From: Parcubacteria group bacterium
GTDB lineage: Bacteria; Patescibacteriota; Minisyncoccia; UBA6257; UBA11618
Assembly: GCA_943357895.1 (NCBI GenBank)
Contig: CALRGO010000002.1
Coordinates: 25,926-89,925, forward strand
Length of the DNA stretch: 64,000 nucleotides
Direction of reading: 5' to 3'
The notes under the pieces are model-generated. The model was not told where the DNA came from. It was given only the letters and a program-made list of their open reading frames with translations, and searched no databases. A program made the translations under genes and the position numbers. Shown here in pieces: positions 46,182 to 57,083 of this stretch (positions within the stretch are counted from its first letter, which is position 1; each line of letters opens with the position of its first letter).

Positions 46182-47380
46182 GCAGTATATTGTCGATTGC
46201 ATATATCGCAAATATCCGCCTACCAACGGAAAAAGCACACGGTTACCAGATAATGAAAATGTGCGAAGCTTTGGCGGACGAAGGCGCTCATATTGTTCTT
46301 ACTTGTCCCATCCGTCGTCAAACGAACAGCGTGATACAAGAAGCGGCGGACCCCTTCGATTATTATGGGATTCGGCGCATTTTTACGGTCAGATATATCG
46401 CCAATTTCGATATTTTTAGGATAGAGCGGTATATTCCAGCAGGATTTTTTAAGTTCTTCTTTTATATACATTCGGTCGTATGGGGTGCGTATGCTCTTTA
46501 TATGGTTAGAAAAACCTCTGATGCTGTGTATTTGCATGACGATATCCCGCTAGGGATGCTTGCGACGTTTTTTAAAATTCCCCTTATATACGAAGTTCAT
46601 GGGATTCCAGCGGGCGTAGGTAGGTTGACCGTGCGATTTGCGTGCGGCTCCTCCACTTTATTAGTCGGTGCCCTTACGGCTCATATACGTGACCGGCTCA
46701 TTGGTGAATTCGGCTACGATTTCGCAAAGACTGTCATCCTTCCCGATGGCGTTGATCTCGGCTTGTTCTCAGAAAGCCATCCGCGAAGCTATTTTAGAAA
46801 AAAAGCCGGTTTTCTGGCACGCGGGCCGCTCGTGGGGTACGTCGGTACATTTACATCTTTGGGTTATGAGAAGGGGGTTGGTTCTTTGATACGGGCAATG
46901 GCGCTCGTGCGTGAAAAATATCCTGATGCGACTCTTGTTTGCGTGGGCGGTCCGGATGAGCTTATCCCCCAATACGAGAGATTAGTAGCTCATAGTGGAA
47001 TTCCCAAACATGCCGTTTGTTTTACGGGTCATGTAAATTCTTCGGGTGCCGTTTTGCGAATGCGTGCGTGCGACGTTTTAGTTATTCCTTTGCCGTATAA
47101 TGAATTTTTTGCGTATCATACTTCCCCGCTCAAACTTTTTGAATATATGGCTTCGCGTGTCCCTATAGTTGCGTCAGACCTCCCTTCTTTGCGGGAAGTC
47201 ATTTCCGAGCGAACGACCGTTTTTGCGGAGCCAGGAAACGCTGCATCGCTTGCGGCGGGTATTTGCTGTGTGCTTGATGATCCCCGCGCGGCCGAAGAGC
47301 GTGCGGAGGTGGCATATACGGATGTTCTGTCTTATGCATGGCGGGAGCGAGCAAAGGTCGTTATGGGATACATATCATAA
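46178..47380 (+). CDS. GT4 glycosyltransferase
   Basis: RLPTEKAHGYQI, KG, TSPLKLFEYMA. Confidence 0.9.
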   Translation: MSSILSIAYIANIRLPTEKAHGYQIMKMCEALADEGAHIVLTCPIRRQTNSVIQEAADPFDYYGIRRIFTVRYIANFDIFRIERYIPAGFFKFFFYIHSVVWGAYALYMVRKTSDAVYLHDDIPLGMLATFFKIPLIYEVHGIPAGVGRLTVRFACGSSTLLVGALTAHIRDRLIGEFGYDFAKTVILPDGVDLGLFSESHPRSYFRKKAGFLARGPLVGYVGTFTSLGYEKGVGSLIRAMALVREKYPDATLVCVGGPDELIPQYERLVAHSGIPKHAVCFTGHVNSSGAVLRMRACDVLVIPLPYNEFFAYHTSPLKLFEYMASRVPIVASDLPSLREVISERTTVFAEPGNAASLAAGICCVLDDPRAAEERAEVAYTDVLSYAWRERAKVVMGYIS

Positions 47381-47382
47381 TA

Positions 47383-48411
47383 ATGCCTCTTCCGTTATGG
47401 AAAGCCGCTCCGCGCGCTTTCTTGCATTTCAATATTTTAAAAAGCTTTCCAAAGACTGTAGTCCAGTCATTAGGATTATATTTGCGCCAATCGCTAGAAA
47501 AATTTTCTTCTAAGCCCCTATTACTAGTTTTTTCGATTTCTCCGGATCATCTCCGTTTATGGTATTTTTTAGCAAAAAAACGGATTCGGATGGAAGATTG
47601 GCGCTTAGTTATCGTCGATAGTGCTGGAACTTTCGACCCGAAGCTCTTTCCGGATGCCGAGGTTTACCGTTTTTTAAATATTTATCATGGAAGAAAGATT
47701 GATTTTTTTCTGCGCCACCTTTCGTCGGAAGAAATTTTCATTTGCGACGACGATAAATATCTTGAGCGTGCTATTGACTCCGAACTTCGTCTTTTGAAGA
47801 ATCTAGACGTCGCTGCGGTTTCTTTGTGCTCGCGTAATTCTTTTTCGTTCGTGATCGGTGGCGTGCATCATAAGCCGATGGGCTCTTATGCGCTTTTATT
47901 TAAAAAAAGCGCGATCATCGAAAACAACCTTTTTTTCCAGTCTCCTCGGTATGCTGTATCCACCTACAAGGAATTTCCCGTAGGTGTTAAGCATCAGTTC
48001 GGGTATGATACTGCCGATTATGCTAACGAAAAACTGCTTCTTACTGGGTTTGAGATACCTTGCGCGGATGGTGCTGTTACGGGATTTGATGGCTTAAGTA
48101 CTTCATTTGTGTTTCTTTCTTCGTATTCGAAACGGGATGTTACGGAGATGCTTCTCGGTGCTCGGCATTATAGCGGCGGATCTGTAAACGGGGCCGTGAT
48201 GCGGAGTATATATTGCCGTACACAATTTGAAGAGGTTTTTAAGGCGGTTTTTAATGAAAATCCTATTTTTATGAGCGGTTATTCAGGGACTGAAGTGCGC
48301 GCTATTATTCAGGCCAATCTTTTTCTTGATCCGCTTCAAAAAAAGGATATTTTAGGATACTGTGACGCTATGGACAATGTGCGGGAAAAACTTATAAGGC
48401 AAGCAATATGA
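47383..48411 (+). CDS. Hypothetical protein, possibly GT-A fold
   Basis: VIVDS, HG..ID, ICDDD and YDT motifs; operonic position. Confidence 0.55.
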   Translation: MPLPLWKAAPRAFLHFNILKSFPKTVVQSLGLYLRQSLEKFSSKPLLLVFSISPDHLRLWYFLAKKRIRMEDWRLVIVDSAGTFDPKLFPDAEVYRFLNIYHGRKIDFFLRHLSSEEIFICDDDKYLERAIDSELRLLKNLDVAAVSLCSRNSFSFVIGGVHHKPMGSYALLFKKSAIIENNLFFQSPRYAVSTYKEFPVGVKHQFGYDTADYANEKLLLTGFEIPCADGAVTGFDGLSTSFVFLSSYSKRDVTEMLLGARHYSGGSVNGAVMRSIYCRTQFEEVFKAVFNENPIFMSGYSGTEVRAIIQANLFLDPLQKKDILGYCDAMDNVREKLIRQAI

Positions 48412-48992
48412 GTTTTTTTGCCCGTGTTGCTCGAAAGATAGCTTCTTTTTATGCGGGCCTCTCTTTTAGATGTGATCTGCCCGTCTTCCATAGGAATTTC
48501 TTACCCTCTCTGCTGCCTTCATTCGGATTAGACGGTGTGGGGGCTGAGATTGGGGTTGCTCGGGGAGATTTTTCGGCAATTATTTTAAGAAACAGTAATC
48601 TTAGGTTGCTGTATTCGGTCGATTCATGGAGTGGTGATCGGTTTAAAAATTATCCTATTGCGATGAATAAGCTTTCTTGTTTTAAGGGTCGTTCGGTTAT
48701 TATGAAAAATGCTTCTGAGGATGCGTCTGCGAGCATTAAAGATGCTAGTCTTGATTTTATATATATTGATGCTTCTCATGATTATGAGGCTGTTTTACAG
48801 GATCTTGGGCTATGGTGGCCGAAGCTTAAAAAGGGAGGTATTTTTTCCGGACATGATTATATCGACGGTTCTTTCCCCGAAGGAAATTTTGGGGTTAAAA
48901 AGGCAGTTGATATATTTTTGAGTGATAAGTCCCATGGGAGGCTTTTTATTGTTCCGTGGAAATGGCCTACATGGTATTGCGTTAAAAAATAA
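48408..48992 (+). CDS. Methyltransferase (Methyltransf_24-like)
   Basis: GAEIGV.RG, DFIYIDASHDYE, GHDY. Confidence 0.85.
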   Translation: MSFFARVARKIASFYAGLSFRCDLPVFHRNFLPSLLPSFGLDGVGAEIGVARGDFSAIILRNSNLRLLYSVDSWSGDRFKNYPIAMNKLSCFKGRSVIMKNASEDASASIKDASLDFIYIDASHDYEAVLQDLGLWWPKLKKGGIFSGHDYIDGSFPEGNFGVKKAVDIFLSDKSHGRLFIVPWKWPTWYCVKK

Positions 48993-49003
48993 GAAAATAG
49001 GTT

Positions 49004-50137
49004 GTGCATCCCCTTCTTATCGCCTATTCAATCGACCCCGTAAGCGGCTATGGAACAATGGCTGATTGCCATTGCAGAGCTCTTCTTGAAAAGAATATTC
49101 CTTTTACGCTTTTACTTCCGCGTTCCGCGAAGCGCGTTGCCGTGCCTTATGCATCGAACATACGGTATATTTTACCCCTATTACCTTTTACATTTAATTC
49201 TTTTTATGATGTGGCTCGCCTCCCGTTATTATATGCCCCCATCTCCCTTGCGGGGATCTCTCCGACTATTGTTCATTCGCTCGTTGATTTTCCGTACGCC
49301 TCCCTTGGTTTTCGTATAGCGCGGAAACGCCACCTGCCTTTTATTTTTTCAGCTGTCGGCACGTACTCCGTTGCGCCATTCGGGAACTGGATCGATAAGC
49401 GTCTTTTTATGCCGGCATATATGAATGCGACCCGCATCCTCGCCATTAGTTATTTTACTGCTCAGGCGATGCAGGAGGCCGCCGGCTATTCGAGGTCGGT
49501 GGATGTACTCTATTCACCCGCTGCGGAGCCCAAGCGTCCTGTCTCCCCGCTACCTACCTTTCCGGAATTACCCGTAAGCGCTCGGGTAATTCTTTCGATA
49601 GGCCCCTTAAAAGAGCGGAAGGGTATGGATATTCTTATTAGGGCTTTGCCGCATGTCTTAAAAGTCGTTCCAGCGGCGCATATCGTCATAGTTGCCGCAT
49701 ATGGTGATGTACAAAAATACGATGCGCTTGCGCGCTCATGCGGCGTTTCTGGCCATCTTAGCATTATGGATGCTGTTACGACTGAAAAACTTTTTTTTCT
49801 TTTTGAAAGATCAGAGGTTTTTGCTATGACTCCCCGTCGTATAGGAGATGAATTCGAGGGGTATGGCCTTGTTTATACGGAGGCGGGGTGGCATGCAAAG
49901 CCTGTTATTGCTTCCCGTTCTGGTGGGGCGCCTGAGGCCGTTATCGACGGTAAAACGGGAATTCTTGTTCCTGAAAATGACGAGCTAAAAACAGCGAGGG
50001 CTCTTATCGCCGTTTTGCAGGACGGCGCGTATGCGGCGCGCTTAGGTAGAGGTGGATATGATCTCGCATTAAGTCGCTGTATTGCGGCATATGCGGGCGC
50101 CGTAGTCCGTTTATACGGATCGCAAGGTAATAAATAG
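49004..50137 (+). CDS. GT4 glycosyltransferase
   Basis: KERKG, EGYGLVYTEA, PEAVIDG.TG. Confidence 0.9.
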   Translation: MHPLLIAYSIDPVSGYGTMADCHCRALLEKNIPFTLLLPRSAKRVAVPYASNIRYILPLLPFTFNSFYDVARLPLLYAPISLAGISPTIVHSLVDFPYASLGFRIARKRHLPFIFSAVGTYSVAPFGNWIDKRLFMPAYMNATRILAISYFTAQAMQEAAGYSRSVDVLYSPAAEPKRPVSPLPTFPELPVSARVILSIGPLKERKGMDILIRALPHVLKVVPAAHIVIVAAYGDVQKYDALARSCGVSGHLSIMDAVTTEKLFFLFERSEVFAMTPRRIGDEFEGYGLVYTEAGWHAKPVIASRSGGAPEAVIDGKTGILVPENDELKTARALIAVLQDGAYAARLGRGGYDLALSRCIAAYAGAVVRLYGSQGNK

Positions 50138-51301
50138 AGCGACGATTGCATTCGAAAATCGAGCGAGAACTCTTGCGAGTATCGCCCCCAAAACCCCGAA
50201 GGGTGGAATAAGGATACATGAAAAAATAAGCATTGCTCCTGCCGCGCTAGTATTAAGAGTAATAGTCTCTTTTTTGCGGAGTAGCGCCCCAAGGGTCGAT
50301 TCGGCAAGATGCGCAGGAAACGCAAGGAACGAGAGGGCGAGTAGCTGGGAGTATCTGAGTGCCTCCGGATATGCGGGGAATGCGAGGGGGAAAAATAAGG
50401 GGGCGGATGCGGCATATGCTATGAAAACGATGGCGGCAATTCCCGTCGCTTGAGCCGTTCTTGCGATGAGCATCCTTTTGATATGGGTGGTATTCATTGC
50501 TGCAACGTGTGCGACGGAGAGGGTTCCTGCGTTTTTAACGAATCCTTTTATCGTTTCAGGTATCATGCGCGCTATAGCGTAGATAGCAACATCTTTCGGC
50601 CCGAAGAAGGCATTAAGAAGTAGGATGTCGGCATAATTCGTCGCTTGTAAGAGTGCCTCAGTCCAGCTAGTTTTTTTTGCGAATTCAAGATATTCCTTTT
50701 TCCCCGGAATTGTATGTGTGGCGGGGTATTGCGCTAGGTAATACGTATACAGGCCGGCAGTCAGGGCGTTTGTGGAGAAAAAAGCGAAAACGAGGGCGGC
50801 GGCGCTATGGGGGAGAAAATATGCCGAAGCGATGAGTGCTGTGGCAAGCGCGCCTGATATAGTGAGGGATCGTGTCGCATAGCGCTGTATATCCCCCGTC
50901 CCCACATAATAGCTTTCGTAGAGACCGCTTATGGCGTAGGGGGTAAAAAATAATCCTCCAATAGCGGCGGCAATACTCAAGCCGTAAGCCCCTGTTAGTG
51001 CATAATACAATGAAAAAAATGCTAATACTGCGATTCCTTGCCATGATTTTTTAATAACCATAGCAGTCCCCTCCGCAAAGGCTCCGTGAATTCTTCGTGC
51101 TCCGGCGGCAATCAGGACTCCCGACATTTTAGGGTATACCGTAAGAAGAGCTATGCCCATAAGCGTACTTATTATCTGGTATTCACCCATGACCGTTTTC
51201 GAGACGAGTCGCGCTACTAAGGTATAAGCGGTAAAAAGCAGAATACTGCCTCCGGCTGACGCTAATCCCATATATGCGTTATTGCGTATGAAGCTTCGCA
51301 T
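50111..51301 (-). CDS. Oligosaccharide flippase (Wzx/MOP family)
   Basis: About 12 TM; YADILLL..FFG...VAIY; LIPPFGVLGA. Confidence 0.8.
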   Translation of the reverse strand: MRSFIRNNAYMGLASAGGSILLFTAYTLVARLVSKTVMGEYQIISTLMGIALLTVYPKMSGVLIAAGARRIHGAFAEGTAMVIKKSWQGIAVLAFFSLYYALTGAYGLSIAAAIGGLFFTPYAISGLYESYYVGTGDIQRYATRSLTISGALATALIASAYFLPHSAAALVFAFFSTNALTAGLYTYYLAQYPATHTIPGKKEYLEFAKKTSWTEALLQATNYADILLLNAFFGPKDVAIYAIARMIPETIKGFVKNAGTLSVAHVAAMNTTHIKRMLIARTAQATGIAAIVFIAYAASAPLFFPLAFPAYPEALRYSQLLALSFLAFPAHLAESTLGALLRKKETITLNTSAAGAMLIFSCILIPPFGVLGAILARVLARFSNAIVALFITLRSV

Positions 51302-52562
51302 TTGTTTTTTTAAGTACAGCTATGCTGCCATACCCGCAATTTCTCAGGAAGGGGTAGTCCCTGAAACGCTCCATTTTTTTAGCTAAGGGAATTAATCGCG
51401 GAAAATACGGCAGGCATAGGCTGGAGGCTTGGAATGCGGTTATTTCGAATCCCCCCCTGCGTAGTTCTTTACGCATGACATGTGGGTAACGCCATATATG
51501 CGGCAATGCCTTGTTGCCACGATACCCCTCGTCAACCCCTGCGCTGCCGAGGTTTGCTAGTATCCTGCCGCAGCCTACGAACCATGCAAAGGGCGACCAG
51601 CGTGAGATTTCCCAAAAAACATCTTCGCCTAAAATAACAGCGGCGCAGGGATTAAGACATGTTGGTAACGCTATTACCGCTTTGCTTTTCGTGACGCGCC
51701 GCACTTCAGCGAGCCCTTTTTCAAAGCTCGGGAGATGTTCTAATATATGGGAGCTTATTACCCAGTCAAATGAGCTATCCTCGAAAGGGAGATTTTCAGC
51801 GTCCGCCATCACGAACCGTATTTTATTTTCCATGCCGGCTTCTACTGCGTGGCGCTTTGCTTTCGCTATATTGTACTCCGAGATGTCGCACGCGGTTATC
51901 ATGACGCCTTTCTTCGCGAGCATAATTGCAAGCGTTCCGTCCCCGCATCCGTTGTCTAATGCTGCTGTTCCGGCAGGTACGTACTCGACGATCGATGTAT
52001 ATTCCGTTTCATGGACGTACCGCCATAGGGGAAATGCGATACTTTTTTTACTTTCTATGCTTGATTCCTCCCGCTCTTTATAGAGTTCTTTTATAGTTTC
52101 ATTTGATGTATTTTCAGGTTCCGTATTTTTTTCGCCGTAGTCATGAGCGTTAATAAAAATTCCTAAGCATAGGATCGCGGCGATAATGCCGCTTATGGCT
52201 ATAGGCGGAAGACCACTACCCTGCGCTCCTAATTCGGCTACAGTGTGGGCGTTATAGTACCAAAAAGAGCCCCATAAGATGGATGCCCCTGCAATACTGA
52301 AAGAAAAAAGATCTCGTATGTTGATGCGGGTGCGCGCACGAATCAATTTCGGCGCCTTTTTTAATTTCGGTGTAAGAAGGCTTGCTCCTTCCAGTAGGGC
52401 GCTTATACCGACAATCCAGTATATTATCTGCCGCGCCACACCCATGCGTTCCAAAAATCCATTCGAAACGCCATCGATAGCGATGAGAGCTAGTCCCATG
52501 AAAACATACCAAGCAAAAACCAAGCTATTTATTTCAAGAATAAGAAGTAGTATCTTTTTCAT
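51279..52562 (-). CDS. SAM methyltransferase with four N-terminal TM segments
   Basis: Hydrophobic N-terminal third; LDNGCGDG, DAENLPFEDSSFD, HILEHL. Confidence 0.82.
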   Translation of the reverse strand: MKKILLLILEINSLVFAWYVFMGLALIAIDGVSNGFLERMGVARQIIYWIVGISALLEGASLLTPKLKKAPKLIRARTRINIRDLFSFSIAGASILWGSFWYYNAHTVAELGAQGSGLPPIAISGIIAAILCLGIFINAHDYGEKNTEPENTSNETIKELYKEREESSIESKKSIAFPLWRYVHETEYTSIVEYVPAGTAALDNGCGDGTLAIMLAKKGVMITACDISEYNIAKAKRHAVEAGMENKIRFVMADAENLPFEDSSFDWVISSHILEHLPSFEKGLAEVRRVTKSKAVIALPTCLNPCAAVILGEDVFWEISRWSPFAWFVGCGRILANLGSAGVDEGYRGNKALPHIWRYPHVMRKELRRGGFEITAFQASSLCLPYFPRLIPLAKKMERFRDYPFLRNCGYGSIAVLKKTNAKLHTQ

Positions 52563-52563
52563 T

Positions 52564-54390
52564 TTATTCCTTTATATAAGCTGAAAAATCCTTCAGTTCT
52601 TTTTTGATAGGAAATATATTAAGCATCTTCATTTCAATTTCATTGCTTTCCGTTTCTTTTGAGACGAGGATCATCGCGGGATTGGCGGTTAAAAAATCAA
52701 CTTCCCGCGGCAGAATGGAATTGAAGGCGGGGCAGCGTATTTCCGTGCAATATTCTTCCAGAACCATCGTTTCGCGGGGGGCAAACGCCCATGCCATATA
52801 CGTTGAATGGGCTTTTTTCGGGATTATCGTTATTGGGCGCAATACGGTCGCATGTAGTGATTTTGCTAATTCGAGTAATTCTTTAATTTGGTCGTATTGC
52901 TCTCTTTTTCGCTTTCCGCCGTCATGACCCTCTATCATGTCATTAAAAACCATTTTTTGTTGGTTGGATGCAGCAAGTACGAATACCGGCAAAAGTCCTA
53001 TCGTGAGAACGGCAATAAATCCCTTACCGATGCGCGGCGAGGCGATCAATGCAATGCCGTCCGCCCCCCACTCGGCAATCAGTAGTGTGAGAATGACGGC
53101 GCTGGGATAGAGAAAAAGATAATAACGGAAAGACTGCCAGCTCGCGTAAAACGCGTGGTATGCCAAAAGCGGCGTTATAAGGAGTGCCCATGGCACGGCA
53201 AATCCCGCGGCTATTTCCGTACGCTTGTTTTTTAAAAAAGCGAGTAAGGTGCCGATTACGCCACCCCAAAGGAGAATCTCCTGTTCTCTCCCTAAATACG
53301 GCTGGGAGAAAAGCGTTAGATGCTCGGCATATTGGTCATAATACGAAATGAGCGTGGGGTTGAAATAATAGAGCACGTGGGACGCATAAAGCGCATAAAG
53401 GATGGCAACGATAGCTGTGGGAAAAAAGAATATTTTTTTAAAGAAGTGCCATGGCGCAGGCTTCGTCTTTTCCTTTTTAAATATAGTGGTAACTATCTGC
53501 ACGCCTTCGCTAATAATCGTCCCCATGCCGATAATAAGGGCGAATACGGCGAGCGTTCCTAGGTGTAGGGCATAAAAAACCGCAAGAAAGACCCAGAGAA
53601 TACGGAGATCTTTTTCATTTTTAAAAAGTATAAAACCGGCAATAAAAAGAAAAATAGCGATTCCTTGCGGAGCTATATCCCCTGAAATTAGATAATAGTT
53701 TATCCAATGAAGGGAAAAAAGCATGGGTACTGCCATAAGTCCTAGCATTTTTCGCGAAAGGGATATACGGGTGAGTTCGGCGATCGCAATGGCTATAAGT
53801 GTGTATATGCCATAAGTCCAAAGAATCATAAAATTTCCGTAGACATCCAGATCTTTAGGAAAAAATGCGACATAGGGAGAAAGTAGCAGAAAAAAAATTG
53901 GCCGGTGGATTTGACTTGTGAATATCTTTACGGTGACGAACGTGGCGTCATGTAGGGATGCTTCGGCATATGCCAGCCAATAATATTGGTCGCTCGCTGC
54001 ATTGAAATAGGGCGCGGTAATTTCCTTAAAATGTACATGTAGTATGGCGAGCATCATGAGGATGGTCGCACCGGAGGCAATGTCGTATGCGCCTATACGA
54101 ATGGCGGGCATGGGCCCCTTTTTTTGCCGGAGCATTACGGCAAGCAGGGCAATAACCGTACCACTTACTACGAGAATCCGCACCGCGGGTGTAATGGGAA
54201 GTGATGCCGCGCAACTTACGAGAAAGGAAATGATTAATTGAAAAAAAAGACCCCCTATTGCGGCATATATAAAGAAAAGAAGGGTGTTTATTTCTTTGCG
54301 TTCCGTAAGGAGTGGGACAGCAAGTAATCCCGGCACGGCGCAGGTTAGGATGAACGGCGGTAGAAATTGAGTTGCGATAAAATGCCACAT
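52564..54390 (-). CDS. Polytopic membrane protein, GT-C-like
   Basis: More than 12 hydrophobic segments; SDQYYW loop; RYYLFLYP. Confidence 0.6.
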   Translation of the reverse strand: MWHFIATQFLPPFILTCAVPGLLAVPLLTERKEINTLLFFIYAAIGGLFFQLIISFLVSCAASLPITPAVRILVVSGTVIALLAVMLRQKKGPMPAIRIGAYDIASGATILMMLAILHVHFKEITAPYFNAASDQYYWLAYAEASLHDATFVTVKIFTSQIHRPIFFLLLSPYVAFFPKDLDVYGNFMILWTYGIYTLIAIAIAELTRISLSRKMLGLMAVPMLFSLHWINYYLISGDIAPQGIAIFLFIAGFILFKNEKDLRILWVFLAVFYALHLGTLAVFALIIGMGTIISEGVQIVTTIFKKEKTKPAPWHFFKKIFFFPTAIVAILYALYASHVLYYFNPTLISYYDQYAEHLTLFSQPYLGREQEILLWGGVIGTLLAFLKNKRTEIAAGFAVPWALLITPLLAYHAFYASWQSFRYYLFLYPSAVILTLLIAEWGADGIALIASPRIGKGFIAVLTIGLLPVFVLAASNQQKMVFNDMIEGHDGGKRKREQYDQIKELLELAKSLHATVLRPITIIPKKAHSTYMAWAFAPRETMVLEEYCTEIRCPAFNSILPREVDFLTANPAMILVSKETESNEIEMKMLNIFPIKKELKDFSAYIKE

Positions 54391-54394
54391 ACCC

Positions 54395-55009
54395 TTACGG
54401 GATGGGCTTCCCGACTACTTCCAGTTCGTATGCACCAATCCAGTCTTTTTCAGCCTGCGCCTTGAGGCGTAGGTGGGAGGTTTGCATGCGGTCGTTTATG
54501 ACTGTTTTCACGTCTGCTGGAGAAGGTCCGCTCGCGAGTACTTTCCATGCGGATCCGTTATCCGAAGATTCAAGGGACCATGACCGTATGTAATTTGTAT
54601 TTACTCCGTAATCCCCCCAGCGTATGATAATTTGTTTGATCTCGTAGCTGTCGAGGAGAGTCACGGTATAATCTATTGTATTGCTTCCGGGTGCCGCGAG
54701 CGTTTCCTCTGATCCATCGATTAGCTTTTCTGCGCCTCTTCCTTGGCCGATACTGAGGTCTGAGCGTTCGGGGGTATTGCTTATAACGGACATTTCGTTC
54801 GGCGCGAGGCGTCGGAACGTCGTCATTTCCGTTCCTATGTCCGATTTTCCGCAAATGAAGCTTGCGGGAGAAAGATCAAATTTAAATCCGGTGCCAAGAC
54901 ATGCTCGGACGATAAGAGCCGCCATTCCGACGGAAAGGCATACAGATATGATTATGCCGACTGTTAGTGTCCGTAAAAATCCTTTTTCCATTGCTTTGAT
55001 TGTAGTCAC
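54395..55009 (-). CDS. Membrane-anchored discoidin (F5/8 type C)-like protein
   Basis: Single TM; AEKLIDG, IIIRW, ESSDNGSAW, HLRL, YELEV. Confidence 0.75.
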   Translation of the reverse strand: MTTIKAMEKGFLRTLTVGIIISVCLSVGMAALIVRACLGTGFKFDLSPASFICGKSDIGTEMTTFRRLAPNEMSVISNTPERSDLSIGQGRGAEKLIDGSEETLAAPGSNTIDYTVTLLDSYEIKQIIIRWGDYGVNTNYIRSWSLESSDNGSAWKVLASGPSPADVKTVINDRMQTSHLRLKAQAEKDWIGAYELEVVGKPIP

Positions 55010-55090
55010 TGATATTCTTTCCAGTCAATCAGAGTAGTATGTTAGTTCTGGTATTTTTCCCTTTGTCATGGATACTATTACTATATACGC

Positions 55091-56590
55091 ATGCGCTTTA
55101 TTTCTTTTATTCATTCTCTGCACGTCGTTATCGCCTGCATTCTCGGTGTCGGGATTTATTGGCTCGCCGCGCCGCTTGGTTGGATAGGGGCTCTAATAGC
55201 CGTTCTGTCTATGATGGTGACGGTCGGCATTGCGGATCGATTGTCGAGTGCGGGCGTGCGTACCTTATTCCTCATATGCGTTCTTTTCCATATAGCGGGG
55301 TTTACGGTCATCGCCTATCCGTCGGCGCAGGATGCGTATAACCGCTACGGTGATTTCCATAGCGGCATTACCGATGCGAATTACGGGAATATTCTTTTGC
55401 AGCCGTGGCACGCCGCTCCCGTTCTCAGGCTTTTTTTTGCGGAAGGTAAAATAGTCAAAGGTGTTATCAATTTTATCCGGCCTCCTGCAGGAGAAAGCGA
55501 AAGCATCGATGCTGCCGTCGAAGCTATTATTGCCATCGGAATCGTAAGCAGGATCGTGGCATTTGTCCTCTTTTATTTTTTCGTACAATCAGCCGGCCTC
55601 CGAGCGCGCGCCGTTGCCGCGGCACTTCTTATTTTTACTTTCCAATATACGAATATTGCATTGACCCAGAGCATGAAGTTTGTCGCCGGCCTGCCATTTT
55701 TTATGTTCTGGTTAGTAAGTTTTTCGGAGTACGAAAGAACGGGACATAGGCGATGGCTCGCGGCGCACGTCATGGCTCTTCCCCTCCTGCTTATTTCAGA
55801 ACAATGGATTATCTTCTTCGTTGCGGCGCTGTATCTCCTCTATCCTTTTTTCAGGCGGGGCGCCGGCATTCCGTTACGCGTCTTCGATGTTTTCGGCACC
55901 GCCCTAGTCGCGTTCGCTTCGACCACCCTGTATTTTTTGGAATGGGGACGTATAACAAGCAATCACATCCCGCTTTTGCCTCTTGTGCCGTCAGCATTCC
56001 GTTCCGCTTATTTGCATGAATATCCCGCACTCCTCCTCATTTTTTCAATCGCTTGCGGAATAGGTTTGTGTATATATAAAAAAACATTCGGATTTTCCGG
56101 TAAAAAATTTCTGTCGCTCGGCATTGTTCCCTACGCGATCTTTATGCAATCGCTTATTTTCCTTAACCCCGCGATGTTCCTTCAAAAAAATTTCTTATTA
56201 TTTTTTTTACCGTATTGGCTTCTTGTTTCATGTTCTCTCGGTATGATTATTCGCAATGCCTTCGTTGTGCGCAAGATCGACGCCGTTGCGGTTTTAGCTC
56301 TTGTTGCATGGACTATCGGATCTTTGCCTCAGATATTCCTTATGTTGGGTGCTTCCATGCCGACGTCGCCCGTTCTCGACGTAATTATCCTGCCGTTGCT
56401 CGTTGGGGTTGCTAGTAGAGACGCACATAAGGCATTTCTCCTATTTTTTACTCTTGTCGTTCTTGTTGGATTCCTTTCTGTATATAAATTACTGGTATAT
56501 ACGGACGGATGGGCGCGCGCGGGCGTGTTACTTCCCGTAATCCTCGTTCCGATTGCAATCGCCATTACCCGAAAATACCGTTATGCGTAA
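55091..56590 (+). CDS. Hypothetical polytopic membrane protein
   Basis: 499-aa highly hydrophobic ORF. Confidence 0.65.
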   Translation: MRFISFIHSLHVVIACILGVGIYWLAAPLGWIGALIAVLSMMVTVGIADRLSSAGVRTLFLICVLFHIAGFTVIAYPSAQDAYNRYGDFHSGITDANYGNILLQPWHAAPVLRLFFAEGKIVKGVINFIRPPAGESESIDAAVEAIIAIGIVSRIVAFVLFYFFVQSAGLRARAVAAALLIFTFQYTNIALTQSMKFVAGLPFFMFWLVSFSEYERTGHRRWLAAHVMALPLLLISEQWIIFFVAALYLLYPFFRRGAGIPLRVFDVFGTALVAFASTTLYFLEWGRITSNHIPLLPLVPSAFRSAYLHEYPALLLIFSIACGIGLCIYKKTFGFSGKKFLSLGIVPYAIFMQSLIFLNPAMFLQKNFLLFFLPYWLLVSCSLGMIIRNAFVVRKIDAVAVLALVAWTIGSLPQIFLMLGASMPTSPVLDVIILPLLVGVASRDAHKAFLLFFTLVVLVGFLSVYKLLVYTDGWARAGVLLPVILVPIAIAITRKYRYA

Positions 56591-57083
56591 TATTTTCACT
56601 TACAGTTGCGCTTTTTTTGCCTGTGTTTCTATTTTTTCTTTCGCGGGTATTTTGCATATCGAAGAAAGCGTTTTACTTTCGGGGGCGGACTTAGTGCCCG
56701 AAACGATAACGGTGCGGAGTGTGTACGGCGATGTTATTCTCAGGAGAACCGCCTATGCCCCCTTTTCTCTTTGGTTTGCGCGGGGTACGTATGCAGGCGC
56801 CGTTGCTAGTGGGCAGTCCCTTGAAAACTCTTTGGTTATACGGGGTGATGAAGTGGCTTCGTTCTCGTCCGCTTATCCCGAGTGGCGGGTATTCGCCGTC
56901 ATGAAGGCGCAGGATGTTGCCGGCAATGAACATTCATGTAATCTCCAGAGATTGTTCGGGGATACAACCTTACGGAGCTATAATTGCGCTCTCGATAAGG
57001 AAAAAATAACGTCCCTTTCTATCATCTTCGTCAAGCCTACTTCGTTGCGGGAAAAAATAACGATACTTGGCGAATCATTGTGA
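56583..57083 (+). CDS. Hypothetical exported protein
   Basis: ATG overlaps the previous stop; N-terminal hydrophobic segment. Confidence 0.5.
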   Translation: MRNIFTYSCAFFACVSIFSFAGILHIEESVLLSGADLVPETITVRSVYGDVILRRTAYAPFSLWFARGTYAGAVASGQSLENSLVIRGDEVASFSSAYPEWRVFAVMKAQDVAGNEHSCNLQRLFGDTTLRSYNCALDKEKITSLSIIFVKPTSLREKITILGESL

